From the NCBI GenBank assembly GCA_964016885.1, contig OZ024740.1:364994001-365058000 (forward strand): DNA of 64,000 nt. The letters run 5' to 3'. The position numbers and the translations under genes are program-made. This stretch comes from Eledone cirrhosa. Lineage: Eukaryota. How positions within the stretch are numbered: the stretch's first letter is position 1; each line of letters begins with the position of its first letter. This document shows, one piece after another, positions 13,491-27,236 of this stretch. Under the pieces are notes generated by a model, which saw only the letters and a program-made list of their open reading frames with translations, did no database searches and was not told where the DNA came from.

Positions 13491-13707
13491 CTATAAGTAC
13501 ACTATTTTTAACACATCATAATCCACAGGTACATAGAAATCATTACCTTTTTTTAAACATAACTTATAATCACTCTATTTATAACCAGTGATTTACTGTG
13601 AGCTCTTTTTGCTGAGGGAAAAGGGTGAAAGTGCTTATCTTTTGAGAAACAGTCAATAAACTGTGAAATATGTAAAGGCAATCTCTATTTTTCTATATAC
13701 AAAAAGA

Positions 13708-13870
13708 ATAACTGTTTCTACTTTTGGCACAAGACCAGCAATTTCCCCAGTGCATTACTGGTACTTTATTTTATTGACCTTGTAAGGATGAAAGGCAAAG
13801 TTTACCTCTATGATTTGAACTCTATTATGTTGCAAAGCATGGTGTCCGACTCTCTACCGAAACTGCCAAA
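13708..13870 (-). mobile_element. SINE family A copy (diverged)
   Basis: Contains ctggtactttattttattgaccttgtaaggatgaaaggcaaag, the reverse complement of the family core. Confidence 0.75.
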
Positions 13871-14544
13871 TAACAAAGTGTTATCACATTTGTTTATGTT
13901 TCCACAGAGAGGCTTATAATTTAAAAACATTAATTACACCTATATTAAATTTAAATTAGATTTTATATCCATTCATCAAACATACAACAGCTTCTGATTC
14001 TCTGAATTGGCAAGCTGTGTGAACCACTTGTGAAACCCAGCTGGTGCATATGTCATTTTTCTTTTTCATGCCACTGTGTCTACTCATAAAACCATGCCAC
14101 TAAACACTTTTTATTGCTAAACATTCTTCCCTTGACTGCATCCTCTGCAATTCCCCCCAACCTCACAAAGTTCAAGCTGACCTTCAACTACATTAACTTC
14201 ACCAATCTGAGACAACCTGCAAAGATCTTTCAAAACTAAATAAAAACAAACAAACAATATGTGAAATAGTTGATTAAACTTCCCTTTAACACCATTTATA
14301 GATACACACAAATGTAGATTTGTTCAAATTCTTAACAAAGTCATCCAGTTTTTATAATTATTTCAAATTATGTGTTTTCTATCAACAAAATGTTGACACT
14401 TGTTTTACTATCAACATATTTAACCTTTTCATTACCATATTTCTAATGAAAGACACTGTCATTCCTGTAATTCCTTTATGCAACTTTCATCTTTCATGCA
14501 CATCATATTCTAAAAGTGTAAATTCATATATATATTTACAGTAG

Positions 14545-14961
14545 TTGAGAAGACCCGCCTTACCTAAGTACAAAGTGAAACCTACTACAGTCAGTAGGCA
14601 CCTCTAACAAAATACACCCCCTGTCCCACTACCCCCAGCCCATCCACACCACCCCTTTCAATGTAAAGTTATGTTGGTACCACAACATCCAGCCCGAAAC
14701 AAATGAGGTCGTGTAGGTGTCACAACAAAAAAACAGACAGTCCACGCTGTAATGTGGCCGTGTAGGTAATACGGTAAAAACCTCCCAGTCCACACTGTAA
14801 ATATGGTTGGTGTTAGGAAGGGCATCCAGCCGTAGAAAACCCGCCAGACAGTCCTATGCGAGCAAGACAACCACTCTTGCCTCAAGTGAGAAAACTCCTG
14901 TCCAAACCCATGCAAGCGTGGAATATGGACGTTAAACGATGATGATGATGATGATGATGAT
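14545..14961 (+). mobile_element. RTE 3' end (5'-truncated) with (GAT)n tail
   Basis: Reverse complement of the 9447-10000 3' UTR. Confidence 0.9.
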
Positions 14962-15006
14962 TTACACAGTTTCAATTATTTTTGTACTGTATATATATAT
15001 ATATAT

Positions 15007-15516
15007 CGACCTTACACACTTGCACCTCTCTAAGACAATGTTACTGGACTGAGATCTTTGGCGCTACGCAGTAATACTGAAGACCCGCCTTGCCTATGTA
15101 CAAAGCAAAACCTACAGTCAGTAGGCACCTCTTAACCAAATATACACCCCAATCCACTACCCTACCTTATCCTCCCACTCCCACCAACACCACCCTCTCT
15201 CTATAAAGTTGGTACCACAACATTCATTCCAAATAAATGAGATAAATGAGATTGAGATCGTGTAGGTGTCACGAGAAAAAACACACAGTCCACGCTGTAA
15301 TGTGGCCGTGTAGGTAACACGGTAAAAAGTTCCCAGTTCCACACTGTAAATGTGGTTGGTGTTAGGAAGGGCATCCAGCCATAGAAAACCTGCCAGATAG
15401 TCCTATATGAGCGAGACACGGTCACCCGACCAGCCTTGCCTCAAGTGGGACAACTCCCGTCTAACCCATGCTAGCGTGGAAAGTGGACGTTAAATGAAGA
15501 TGATGATGATGATGAT
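15007..15516 (+). mobile_element. RTE 3' end (5'-truncated) with (GAT)n tail
   Basis: Starts after (TA)n with DLTHLHLSKTMLLD coding remnant; its UTR matches 51131-51600. Confidence 0.9.
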
Positions 15517-15689
15517 ATAAATATACAAATATAATTTTATCATGCACTTCATCTGCTTAGCTCTTGACTTATTATATAGCTTAATTAACTACCAACACAA
15601 ACACTAATAATATGTAAATGAGTACATCCATTTCAGGATACTGTATACTTGATTGTGTATGTCTTTGCAGTTGTATGGATGATTTACAT

Positions 15690-15732
15690 ACCTTCTGATG
15701 AACCCAACCAGGTTTGAAAATTGATTAAAGAT
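15690..15732 (+). ncRNA. Minimal type I hammerhead motif; related, partly deleted copy at ~20523-20565
   Basis: acctt-CTGATGA-acccaaccaggttt-GAAA-attgat-TA-aagat. Confidence 0.55.
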
Positions 15733-15867
15733 ATTTATTGTTTCTTTCTATTTAAAAGAAAATACCTATATTTTGCAGGCTTACATGCTTATAAGCTAAA
15801 AATGTATAAATGTATACATACATTTATGTAGGCCTGATTAACTCTCTACTGTATATATATATATGGA

Positions 15868-18085
15868 TATCATCATCATCATCATCATCGCAAGATTGGT
15901 TGTCCTGCTCGTATAGGACTGTCTGTCTGGTTTTCTACGGCTGGATGCCCTTCCTAACACCAACCACGTTTACAGTGTGGACTGGGAGGTTTTTACCGTG
16001 TTACCTACACGGCCACATTACAGCGTGGACTGTGTGTTTTTTTGTCGTGACACCTACATGTCTGGCGGGTTTTCTATGGCTGGGTGCCCTTCCCAACACC
16101 AACCACGTTTACAGTGTGGACTGGGAGGTTTTTTGTTGTGACATCTACACCACCTCATTTGTTTCGGACTGGATGTTATGGTACCAACATAACTTCACAT
16201 TTAAGGGGGTGGTGTGGATGGGGTGGGGGTAGTGGGACGGGGCGTATTTTGTTAGAGGTGCCTACTGACTGTAGGTTTCGCTTTGTACTTAGGCAATGCG
16301 GGTCTTCTGTATAACTGTGTAGCGCCAAAGATCTCGGTCCAGTGACATTGTTTTGGAGAGGTGTAAGTGTGTGAGGTCGGAATTTATCAAGTCGTCCCAG
16401 GTTTTTCTGGGTCTGCCTATTCCGTGGCTACCGTCTATTTTTATCACCCTGCACTTTTTTATACAGCTGTCGTCTTTCATGTGCATCGCGTGACTGTATC
16501 AACATAGTCTTCTCTCAAGTAAACAACATCTGATTCCTCTTATTCCTAATTTCTCCCTTAGTTCGTTTATGCTTTGCCGTTCACGTATATTACTATTACA
16601 CATCCAGCGGAGCATGCAGGCTTCATTCCTCTCCAGTCTGCGTATATCCTCTGCACACAATGCCCAGGTCTCACTGCCATGTAACATTGCTGTTCGTATG
16701 CAGGCATCATACAGCCTGCCTTTCATTTTTAGAGAGAACCCTTTAGCGGCCAATAGTGGTATAAGCTCTCTGAACTTTTTCCATCCCGTTCTGACTCTAG
16801 CTACTGTACTTTCAGAGCACCCTCTCCCACTGCTGATTTTGTCACCCAGGTAACAGAAGCTGTCCACTATTTCTATAGAACCATCTGTGCAATGGAATGA
16901 GCTAGTATTCTGTGGGCACTTGCTGCTACTTATTGCACCAGAGCACCGGCCACATATAAAATCTATATTCTTAGTTAGCTTACCTGTGATCCCACTACAT
17001 CTTTTATGCACCCATACTTTGCATTTGGGACATAAAATGGAGTTTCTGCCTACTCCTTTCCTACACACTGAGCATGGCAATTTCCCAGATGGGACCGGTG
17101 CCCTATTTTCCTTCCTACAAACTAGAACTTTAGTCTTAGACAAGTTAACTTTAAGGCCTTTTGATTCTAGGCATACATACATGTTTGGAATTTCTTCTCT
17201 AGTTCAGCCATTGATTCAGCTATGAGCGTTAGATCATCTGCATATAGGAGTTCCCATGGGCAGCCGGTCTTGAACTCCTCTGTTATAGCCTGAATGGTAA
17301 TAATAAATAGTAGGGGGCTAAGAACGGAGCCCTGATGAACACCAACTTTTACGATAAACTCTTCACTATATTCCTTGTTAATTCTAACCTTGCTGACTCT
17401 TTCTTTATACATGGCTTGTATAGCTCTCACAAGCCATTCATCAACACCTAGTTTTCTAAGGGCCCACCAGATAATCGAGGGGGGTACTCTGTCAAAGGCT
17501 TTCTCCAAGTCAACAAAAGCTAAGTACAGGGGTTTACTTTTAGCTAGGTACTTCTCCTGTAGTTGTCGTACAATGAAAAGAGCGTCTGTTGTACTTTTAC
17601 CTGACACAAATCCGAACTGCATTTCGTCTAGATCAATTCGCTCTCTGATTTTTTGCGCTATTAGTTTTTCTGTGACCTTCATGACCTGGCCAATTAATTT
17701 AATGCCTCTATAGTTTCCCCTATCTAGGGCATCACCTTTACCAATGTAGCAGTTAATGATGATGCTGCTGCGCCAGTCCTTCGGAACGACCCCATTCTGT
17801 ATGACTTGGTTTACTATCCGTGTAACCATAGTGTGTCCCACCGCTCCAGATGCTTTCAGCATTTCAGCAACTATTTCCGAAGGCCCGGCCGCCTTACCCG
17901 TTTTCATGTCTTTAATCGCCTGACTTATTATACTACCTTCAACTTGCACTGCTGGTCCCTCTATTGGGTCGATGTGGGGGAGACTGTCTTTCTCCCAATT
18001 ATTCTCCTCATTTAGTAGCCTTTCATAGTGACACTTCCAAGCTACCTTCTTATCAGCGTCAGTGATGGCAAATACACCATATCAC
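15868..18085 (-). mobile_element. 5'-truncated RTE LINE
   Basis: ORFs 17167-17949 (RT, YADD), 16499-17182 (PHD finger) and 16289-16486. Highly similar to the 9.4-13.5 kb copy. Confidence 0.95.
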
Positions 18086-18289
18086 TTTACCATATAAATA
18101 TATATATATATATAAATTTATATATATGAAAAGAGTTAGGACCCCAATGGCTGAGCTCCGGCCATTTCGACAGCTAGATCCGGATTTTCCTATTACCCAC
18201 TCTACTACCCTAAGTATTGAATACTCTGGTGCGTTATGGCCCACCTGATATCTTACCACACCTTCTTTGTTATATATATATATATACAT

Positions 18290-18663
18290 CGAAAGGTTGT
18301 GGGTTCAATTCTCAGACCGGCTGATGTGTTGTTTCCTTGAGCAAGACACTTTATTTCTTGTTGCTCCAGTTTATTCAGCTGTAGAAATGAGATGATAGGC
18401 TAGGGTCCTATCATTCCACTGCAAAGTGGTCGTGGAGGTGCCATAGCAAAAAAGCACCCAGCCCACACTGCAAAGTGGACGTGTAGGCGCCACGGAAAAA
18501 AAAAGCACCCAGCACTCACTGTAAATGAGGTTGGTGTTAGGAAGGGCATCCAGCTGTAGAATCAGTTCCCGTATGAGCAAGAAAAGGTCAGCAGACTGGA
18601 CACTGCCCGCAACAGGACAACCAGTCTAACCCATGCTAGCGTGGAAGAACGGATGTAAAACGG

Positions 18664-18700
<37 letters not shown>
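18290..18700 (+). mobile_element. SINE family B (tRNA head, CORE-like block, RTE-type 3' tail), 5'-truncated
   Basis: gttcaattctcagaccgg...ttccttgagcaagacactt...gttaggaagggcatccagc...(GAT)n. Confidence 0.8.
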
Positions 18701-18867
18701 ACATATATATATATGCCAGTTCCCTTTTATTTTGCGTCTCCACAGTTACACAGACAAACATAGATCTTGATTATATGAATTTCCAGCTAACATTATTCAA
18801 AACATTTGTAAAGTATTAAAAATGATTTAAAAGCTAATTTTTCCATCTACATATTTGATTATATACA

Positions 18868-18966
18868 CAGGGTGTCCCCCAACAATGTATACACACTTTA
18901 ACAGCATTCTAATAATCATTGCCTGTGCAGGTAATCAAAGTGTGTATACATTTTTAGGAGACAACT

Positions 18967-18968
<2 letters not shown>
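18868..18968. mobile_element. Small Tc1/mariner-type MITE
   Basis: TIRs cagggtgtcccccaacaatgtatacacacttt and aaagtgtgtatacatttttaggagacaacttg|ta. Confidence 0.65.
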
Positions 18969-19017
<49 letters not shown>

Positions 19018-19899
19018 TTGTGTGTGTGTGTGTGTGAGAGAGATTGTATGTGTTTCTGTATATCAGACTGCCTGTATATCTTGCTAATTTGTACGTTTTG
19101 ACATTTACCAAGTATGTGGTTGCAAACCAGAAGTCATGAAATTCTCTGGGTTTCTGATTAGGGCCCTTGCCAATTCTACACCCATTAACCTAGTGATGGT
19201 ATTGGGTTTCCTTCCCTTCCATCCTTATTTGCTTACTGCCTCCCCACCACCCAGGAATAGCTCTTTGGCACCACAGATGAGAAATCCATCTGTTTCTTGC
19301 TGTTTCGCTTTATTTGTGTGTATATGTATGTATGTATGAATGTATGCATGTATGGATGGATGTATATGTGTATGTATATGTATGAATTTATGTGTGTGTG
19401 TATGTATGTATGAATGTACGTGTGTATTTGTGTGTATGTATGTGTATATATGTATGTATGTATATGTGTGTGTTATTAAAGGCAGCAAATGAAAATACAC
19501 TGAGTGACATTTGGTAGAACCAGAAAATATTTGCAAGATATTACTTCAACATTTCCTCAAAGAATATGTTTTGTAAAGATTTCATTCATATATTGCATTA
19601 GATGAAGAATGTTGGCATTGGTTAATTAGAGAACTTTAATAGGACCAATCACAGGCTCTGGTGGCAAGAAGGACAAGGGAGTGTCTCCAACTTAGTGTAG
19701 AAAAAATATCATAATGGACTTCACTCAAAGAGCACTGATGTTTTGGTTTTGTCGCAGGACAGGTTGCAGGCCCATCGACAGTTTTTGTGGCATGAAATGG
19801 AGACTGCCATATATTTTTTGAACAGCCCCTCTCTACCTAAGGCCTGAATGTGTCCCTTCTTAACCCGTGTGAAGGATGATGCTGTATTCTTTTTTTTTT

Positions 19900-20888
19900 T
19901 TTGGTGGTCTTATTCACGTAAGTCACCAATCTGGTACTTTGTCAAACCCGCAAAGACTAGGCTTTTTTTAGAGGCAACCTTTACTTGCCTCATCATAGCT
20001 ACATCACTGGTTAATGAGAGTTTTCTTGGGAGCTACAGGTGTCATCCATTGATCCATCTCCCCTATTAGTTTATTGCTGTTGGTCTGGGGTTGCTTATTC
20101 ATTCTACAGCTACCCGTTTATATTGCATCCAACCATCACCTCTGTCTAGTGCATCGCTTTTACCCTTGTAGCAATTGACGATGCTGCTGCTATGCCATTC
20201 ATTGGGTATAGTACCATTTTGTATTACTTGGTTTACAATGTGGGTGGTAATGGTGTGGCCTACCATCCCAGATGCTTTCAGTATCTTGCTTCGACAGGAC
20301 TGTAAATTTGATCGGAGATGTTAGAGCTGAATGCCCTTCCTAACACCAACCACGTATAAATTTATACATTTCTTTTTATAAGCATGCCAAATATAGGTAT
20401 TTCCTTGTGAAGAGAAAAAATGATAAATACCTTTGAGCTATTTGGTATTGCACTCTATTTCCTCCATTTTCCAATACAGTTAATTGATTTTCAAACCTTG
20501 TGCTTGTTTAGATGAAATACACACCTTCTGATGAGGAGGCAACTAAGTTTGAAAATCAAGATATTTATCTTTTTTATCTTTTTCTTTTGTAATTTACAGA
20601 AAAATACGTATATTTAGCATATCTACATGTCTATCTTCTTTCAGCATCTCGGCAACTATTCCTGGTGGCCCAGCTGCTTTGCTTGTCTTCATAAACTTAT
20701 TTACTATGCTGTCACTGACTTCTACTGCTGGTCACTCTGTTGGGTCAACTTGGGGTAGGCTATCTTCATCCTACACATTCTCCCTATTCATCAGTTTCTT
20801 TTCTGCATCAGTGAGGGAAAGTGTACCATTGTCATCTTAGACACACTTCTACCCAACAACATCACAATTTTTCCTGACACACTGCCTC
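19900..20888 (-). pseudogene. Old, fragmented RTE RT-region remnants
   Basis: Minus strand gives SSIVNCYKGKSDALDRG, KAAGPPGIVAEML and QCVRKNCDVVGRSV-like segments, homologous to the intact RTE ORF. Confidence 0.7.
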
Positions 20889-20909
20889 ATATATATATAT
20901 ATATTTTTT

Positions 20910-21335
20910 TTTCTTCTTCTTTACCCACTTAATCTTGAGAAAGTAATGGGGGCAGAGTCCCCATACACTAATTCCAGTGGGTCCTGTCAGAAGCAACCAT
21001 CTCTAACTGATCTGGTTGGATCCCCAAGTGAGACCAGCCAAGCTCATGGATGTTATTTAACTATCTTGCTTGGGGTCTACCCATGGGTCTCCTGCTGGGT
21101 TGGTTTTGCCCATAAAACCTGTCCAGCGATTCTTTCCTGAGATATTCTAACCACATACCCATAGTATCAGAGCTGTGATCTCTCAATTTGGAGAAGTAGT
21201 GGGTCTACCTGGAGTGACTCTCTTATCTCCTAGCTATGTACTCTATTAAGTTATGTTACTCCAAAGACCCTTTGGAGGAACCCTTTTTTGGCCGCTTGTA
21301 TTTACAATCATATTCGGTCATTACACAAGATTCTT
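20910..21335 (-). mobile_element. 3' end of a different RTE-like LINE with (GAA)n tail; homolog at 50276-50720
   Basis: Decayed RPMGRPQAR C-terminal motif; strong similarity to 50330-50690. Confidence 0.65.
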
Positions 21336-21667
21336 GAGAAGTACAAAACAATAGTATGACTGTATCATATGAACAATGAAGTCTTTACACTAATAGTGCA
21401 AATTTTCACAAGGATTTATTCACCAGTAGCAAACCCATTCTCAGATATTTTCTGCTAAATAGGATGTTAAGAGTTAATGATGTGAAAACTGGATATAAGT
21501 AAGAAACAGTATTAGAGGTCTTTATAGCTTTTAAAAGGGTTAACTAACCAAAAATGTTTAATTACCACAGTCTAAAGAATAAATATCATTTAGCTTGATA
21601 AAGAAAAGAAAGAAGGTGATAAAATTGAAAATTCCAAGAATCCCAAAGTGACATTTTCCTCTTCAGA

Positions 21668-22517
21668 TAACTGCAGCTGTTTAAATGACCCACGTAGAAT
21701 CAAGAATATGGGAATAGTTCCTGTGAATAATACTAAAGAAGGCAACCCAGTTTTGAAGGTTGACAAACAAGTATATGTAGCAGACAACAAGTGCAAATGT
21801 AGAATGCAGCCTCCACCACTTTCACCAGCTTCACCACTTCTACAATCTCCACTATCTATACAATCCCCATCCCCACCACTTCTACAATCTCCACCACCTC
21901 CACCATCTATACAATCACCATCCCCACCACCTCTACAATCTCCACCACCTCCACCATCTATACAATCCCCATCCCCACCACTTCTACAATCTCCACCACC
22001 TCCACCATCTATACAATCACCATCCCCACCACTTCTACAATCTCAACCACCTCCACCATCTATACAATCACCATCCCCACCACTTCTACAATCTCCACCA
22101 CCTCCACCATCTATACAATCCCCATCCCCACCACTTCTACAATCTCCACCACCTCCACCATCTATACAATCCCCATCCCCACCACCTCTACAATCTCCAC
22201 CACCTCCACCATCTATACAATCACCATCCCAACCACTTCTACAATCTCCACCACCTCCACCATCTATACAATCACCATCCCCACCACCTCTACAATCTCA
22301 ACCACCTCCACCATCTATACAATCACCATCCCCACCACTTCTACAATCTCCACCACCTCCACCATCTATACAATCACCATCCCCACCACCTCTACAATCT
22401 CCACCACCTCCACCACCTCCACCATCTATACAATCACCATCCCCACCACTTCTACAATCTCCACCACCTACACCACCTCCACCATCTATACAATCACCAT
22501 CCCCACCACCTCTATAA
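21668..22517 (+). CDS. Candidate exon: short Cys-rich segment followed by Ser-Pro repeats (uncertain, may be a pseudo-exon)
   Basis: Acceptor-like ttttcctcttcag at 21667, then DNCSCLNDPRRIKNMGIVPVNNTKEGNPVLKVDKQVYVADNKCKCR and (SIQSPSPPLLQSPPPPP)n. The frame ends at a CAA>TAA change inside a repeat unit. Confidence 0.35.
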
Positions 22518-23521
22518 TCTCCACCACCTCCACCATCTATACAACCACCATCCCCACCACCTTCACCACCTCCACCATCTATACAACCCCCATCCTCCCA
22601 CCTTCACCACCTCCACCATCTATACAACCACCATCCCCACCACCTTCACCACCTCCACCATCTATACAACCACCATCCCACCACCTCCACCATCTATACA
22701 ACACCATCCCCCCCACCTTCACCACCTCCACCATCTATACAACCACCATCCCCACCACCTTCACCACCTCCACCATCTATACAACCACCATCCCCACCAC
22801 CTCCACCACCTCTACCACCTCCACCATCTATACAACCCCATCCCCCCACCTTCACCACCTCCACCATCTATACAACCACCATCCCCACCACATCCACCAC
22901 CTCCACCATCTATACAACCACCATCCCCACCACCTTCACCACCTCCACCATCTATACAACCCCATCCTCCCACCTTCACCACCTCCACCATCTATACAAC
23001 CACCACCCCCACCACCTTCACCACCTCCACCATCTATACAACCACCATCCCCACCACCTCCACCATCTATACAACCCCATCCCCCCACCTTCACCACCCC
23101 CACCATCTATACAACCACCATCCCCACCACCTCCACCACCTCCACCACCTCCACCAACTCCACCATCTATACAACCACCATCCTCACCACCTTCACCACC
23201 TCCACCATCTATACAACCCCCCCCCACCTTCACCACCTCCACCATCTATACAACCACCATCCCCACCACCTTCACCACCTCCACCATCTATACAACCCCC
23301 ATCCTCCCCACCTTCACCACCTCCACCATCTATACAACCACCATACCCACCACCTTCACCACCTCCACCATCTATACAACCACCATCCCCACCACCTTCA
23401 CACCTCCACCATCTATACAACCACCATCCCCACCACCTCCACCACCTCCACCATCTATACAATCACCATACCCACCACCTCTACAATCTCCACCACCTCC
23501 ACCACCTCTACAATCTCCACC
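21810..23521. repeat. CCA-rich minisatellite: ~51-bp units, then ~39-bp units
   Basis: Tandem ccatctatacaatcaccatccccaccacttctacaatctccaccacctcca, then ccatctatacaaccaccatccccaccaccttcaccacctcca-like units with indels. Confidence 0.95.
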
Positions 23522-23589
23522 ATACAAGAAACAGACATGTGGTATAAATGTAAAGCAAAAGTGACACATGACAATAGAATTACCAAGAT

Positions 23590-25030
23590 CATGTGAGACA
23601 TGTAGGAAATGTGGTACATGACAGCAACCAAACATCTGGGACATGTAGCAAGTGTGATTCATGACAACAACACTACCATGATCATCTGAGACATGTAGGA
23701 AATGTGGTACATGGCAACAACACTACCATGATTATCTGAGACATGTAGGAAATGTGGTACATGACAACAACCAAACATCTGGAACATGTAGCAAATGTGA
23801 TTCATGACGAACCAAACTTCTGAGACAGGTAGCAAATGTGATACTTGACACCAACCAAACTTCTGAGACATGTAGCAAATGTGATACTTGACAACAACCA
23901 AACACCTGAGACATGTAGCAAATGTGATACTTGTCAACAACCAAACACCTGAGACATGTAGGAAATGTGATACTTGACAACAACCAAACACCTGAGACAT
24001 GTAACAAATGTGATACTTGACAACAACCAAACACCTGAGACATGTAGCAAATGTGATACTTGACAACAACCAAACACCTGAGACATGTAAGAAACGTGAT
24101 ACTTGACAACAACCAAACACCTGAGACATGTAACAAATGTGATACTTGACAACAACCAAACACCTGAGACATGTAAGAAACGTGATACTTGACAACAACC
24201 AAACACCTGAGACATGTAGCAAATGTGATACTTGACAACAACCAAACACCTGAGACATGTAGGAAATGTGATACTTGACAACAACCAAACACCTGAGACA
24301 TGTAACAAATGTGATACTTGACAACAACCAAACACCTGAGACATGTAAGAAACGTGATACTTGACAACAACCAAACACCTGAGACATGTAGCAAATGTGA
24401 TACTTGACAACAACCAAACACCTGAGACATGTAGCAAATGTGATACTTGACAACAACCAAACACCTGAGACATGTAGCAAATGTGATACTTGACAACAAC
24501 CAAACACCTGAGACATGTAACAAATGTGATACTTGACAACAACCAAACACCTGAGACATGTAGCAAATGTGATACTTGTCAACAACCAAACATCTGAGAC
24601 ATGTAGGAAATGTGATACTTGACAACAACCAAACACCTGAGACATGTAGCAAATGTGATACTTGACAACAACCAAACACCTGAGACATGTAGCAAATGTG
24701 ATACTTGACAACAACCAAATACCTGAGACATGTAGGAAATGTGGTACTTAACAACAACCAAACACCTGAGACATGTAGCAAATGTGATACTTGACAACAA
24801 CCAAACACCTGAGACATGTAGCAAATGTGATACTTGACAACAACCAAACACCTGAGACATGTAACAAATGTGATACTTGACAACAACCAAACACCTGAGA
24901 CATGTAGCAAATGTGATACTTGTCAACAACCAAACATCTGAGACATGTAGGAAATGTGATACTTGACAACAACCAAACACCTGAGACATGTAGCAAATGT
25001 GATACTTGACAACAACCAAACACCTGAAAC
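23590..25030. repeat. 43-bp minisatellite, roughly 30 copies
   Basis: Unit gagacatgtagcaaatgtgatacttgacaacaaccaaacacct. Homogeneous from ~23820, more diverged at 23590-23820. Confidence 0.95.
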
Positions 25031-25206
25031 ATGCCTATCCAGACCAAAGAGATCAAAGCAAACCATTCAGGTAAAATAAACAAGGAGTGGAACAAAAAAC
25101 TTCTGTATGTTGACAGACATTACAATCGTTTCAGAGGTTTAGGGTTCAGAAAAATAGGGTTCTATATGTTATAAGGTTCTATATATATAAAATGGTTCTA
25201 TATATA

Positions 25207-25420
25207 TGAGGATTGACTGAAAAGTTCTTAGGCTGACTATGAAGGTTTTATACTAGAGTTGTGAAATCTTGCAGGCATTAATTTCAACTCTTCTTATTAA
25301 TAACTGCATTGTTTCTTTCCAGGGACTATGTTGAAAAATAAACCTCATTTGGTCATTCTATGTGAGTGTCTTGGTCAGCCTATGAATTTTTCAGTCTATG
25401 AACTTTTCATCCGACCCTTG
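25207..25420. mobile_element. Mariner-type MITE
   Basis: ta|tgaggattgactgaaaagttcttaggctgac ... gtctatgaacttttcatccgacccttg|ta. Confidence 0.7.
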
Positions 25421-25816
25421 TATAATAGAGTTCTGTATATAAAACAGGGTTTTGTATGCTATATATATACTACATGAGCAATTGGAAATGCTTAGAGTCA
25501 GAGTTAGAATGGTAAATATCTAATAATCTAAAAGCAAGTGTTAAAATAGTTTTAAAATTCATATGCATTTTATTATTAGATTAATTTGTATTACTTTCTT
25601 TTGGATTTCCTAGGAGACTTAACTACTTATTTCTAATCAACAATTATCTCCCTTCCACTGTACTATGTTTTATTTTATTGAATTGAACAAATTTGATGTA
25701 ATAAATGATTTCACCCATGGTGGGTAACTATAACCTACTTTTCTTCCAGACAGAAAGCAATAATATATTATTTAAAAGAGTGGTATGGTAAATTCGAAAA
25801 AAAAGATGACAAATTC

Positions 25817-25886
25817 TAATCTGATGAGCCTAGAGTCACTGATAAACTTAGAACATGCAATTCACATGGTGAAACTTGAAGTAGAT
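25817..25886 (+). ncRNA. Degenerate hammerhead motif
   Basis: CTGATGA(25821)-gcc...ggt-GAAA(25871)-cttgaag-TA-gat. Stem I is weak. Confidence 0.4.
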
Positions 25887-25919
25887 GTCTAATTGCTATC
25901 TAATATACCATAATAATAA

Positions 25920-25962
<43 letters not shown>

Positions 25963-26233
25963 TGTATATATATATATACATACACAGCTGGTGAGTAATA
26001 ACATATTACTACTGGTGGCACCTATAATTTTACCTGTTATAAGTGATTACAAATAAAATATGTTAAACTGAAACTTTGATCTTTTTTTCTTAATATATAT
26101 ATATATATAATTCAAATATATATTTATATGTATATATATATATAGAGAGAGAGACAGGGCAATATATCTTATGAGAAAAACAGTATTATATATCTATTGT
26201 AACAGCACATATATCTATGAAGGATACGTACTT

Positions 26234-26363
26234 ATTTCCTTGTGACCATTTCATGATTCTAGGAGGACCATAACTTAAAATTTATCTAAGCAATCGATCA
26301 TCTATCACCAACTACCGATTTTGGTTAAGCTATGGGGGATGCAAATCAATCATCAGAGAAATT
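26234..26363 (-). ncRNA. Degenerate hammerhead with long stem II insertion
   Basis: Minus strand: atttct-CTGATGA-t-tgatt...aatca-t-GAAA-tggtca-CA-aggaaat. Confidence 0.4.
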
Positions 26364-26374
26364 ACGTCAATTAA

Positions 26375-26510
26375 ATATATTTGCAATCTATTGAGAAACT
26401 AGGTTTCACAGAACCAGAAAGAGAACATCTAATTAGGAAGTTGCAAGAACAGTCGATTAATGAAACTGTAAAAATATGTAAACATTTAAGAAATTCAGCA
26501 TGTGACAACT
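26375..26510 (+). pseudogene. Possible C-terminal tip of an RLE-type non-LTR retrotransposon ORF
   Basis: IEKLGFTEPEREHLIRKLQEQSINETVKICKHL resembles the LQ..SI.GTVKICK ending of restriction-like-endonuclease elements (recalled pattern, not searched). Confidence 0.35.
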
Positions 26511-26977
26511 GCATATACATATGTATATATATACAGAAACATATGCATATGTACACATATAACATATAACTTAAAACATACAGATCCACACATGTAATAA
26601 CCTCCATAGCTGTATACACACACACACACACAAACATACAGACATATATATAGATATTTACCTAGTTAATGTCGTCAAGTTCCAATGAATGAGTCTTATT
26701 TCTATGTTAGAAACTGGATCTCTCTTTTTTTGTTAATATTTATAAAATAATAAAGCCAGAAGATGCTTGCATACATGCATATATATATAAATATATACAT
26801 AAATAGGCACACACACATACTGACATACATACACACACACACACACACATACACATGTGCACAGACACCTCTGTCACTAAAGAATTGGTTTGTATAAATG
26901 AGAAGATTTACCAACTGCCTGTCTAAGTTCTGTTGTGTGAAGCCCCAGAGCCCCCTGGCGTTTTATGCAACCCTGTA

Positions 26978-27172
26978 CTTCTCTCTCTCAGTCTCTCTCC
27001 CAGTATCTCTCTGTGTCTCTCTCTCAGTCTCTCCCTCAGTCTCTCTCTCAGTCTCTCCCTCAGTCTCTCTCTCAGTCTCTCTCTCTCAGTCTCTCTCTCA
27101 GTCTCTCCCCCAGTCTCTCTCTCAGTCTCTCTCTCAGTCTCTCTCTCTCAGTCTCTCCTCCAGTCTCTCTCT

Positions 27173-27236
<64 letters not shown>

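Noticed and set aside
13960-14540. Possible minus-strand host exons (LKDLCRLSQIGEVNVVEGQLELC...)
   Set aside because: Acceptor-like site present, but there are early stops and no recognisable domain.
23590-25030. CRISPR-like regular array
   Set aside because: Units are head-to-tail with no unique spacers, there are no cas genes, and the context is eukaryotic.
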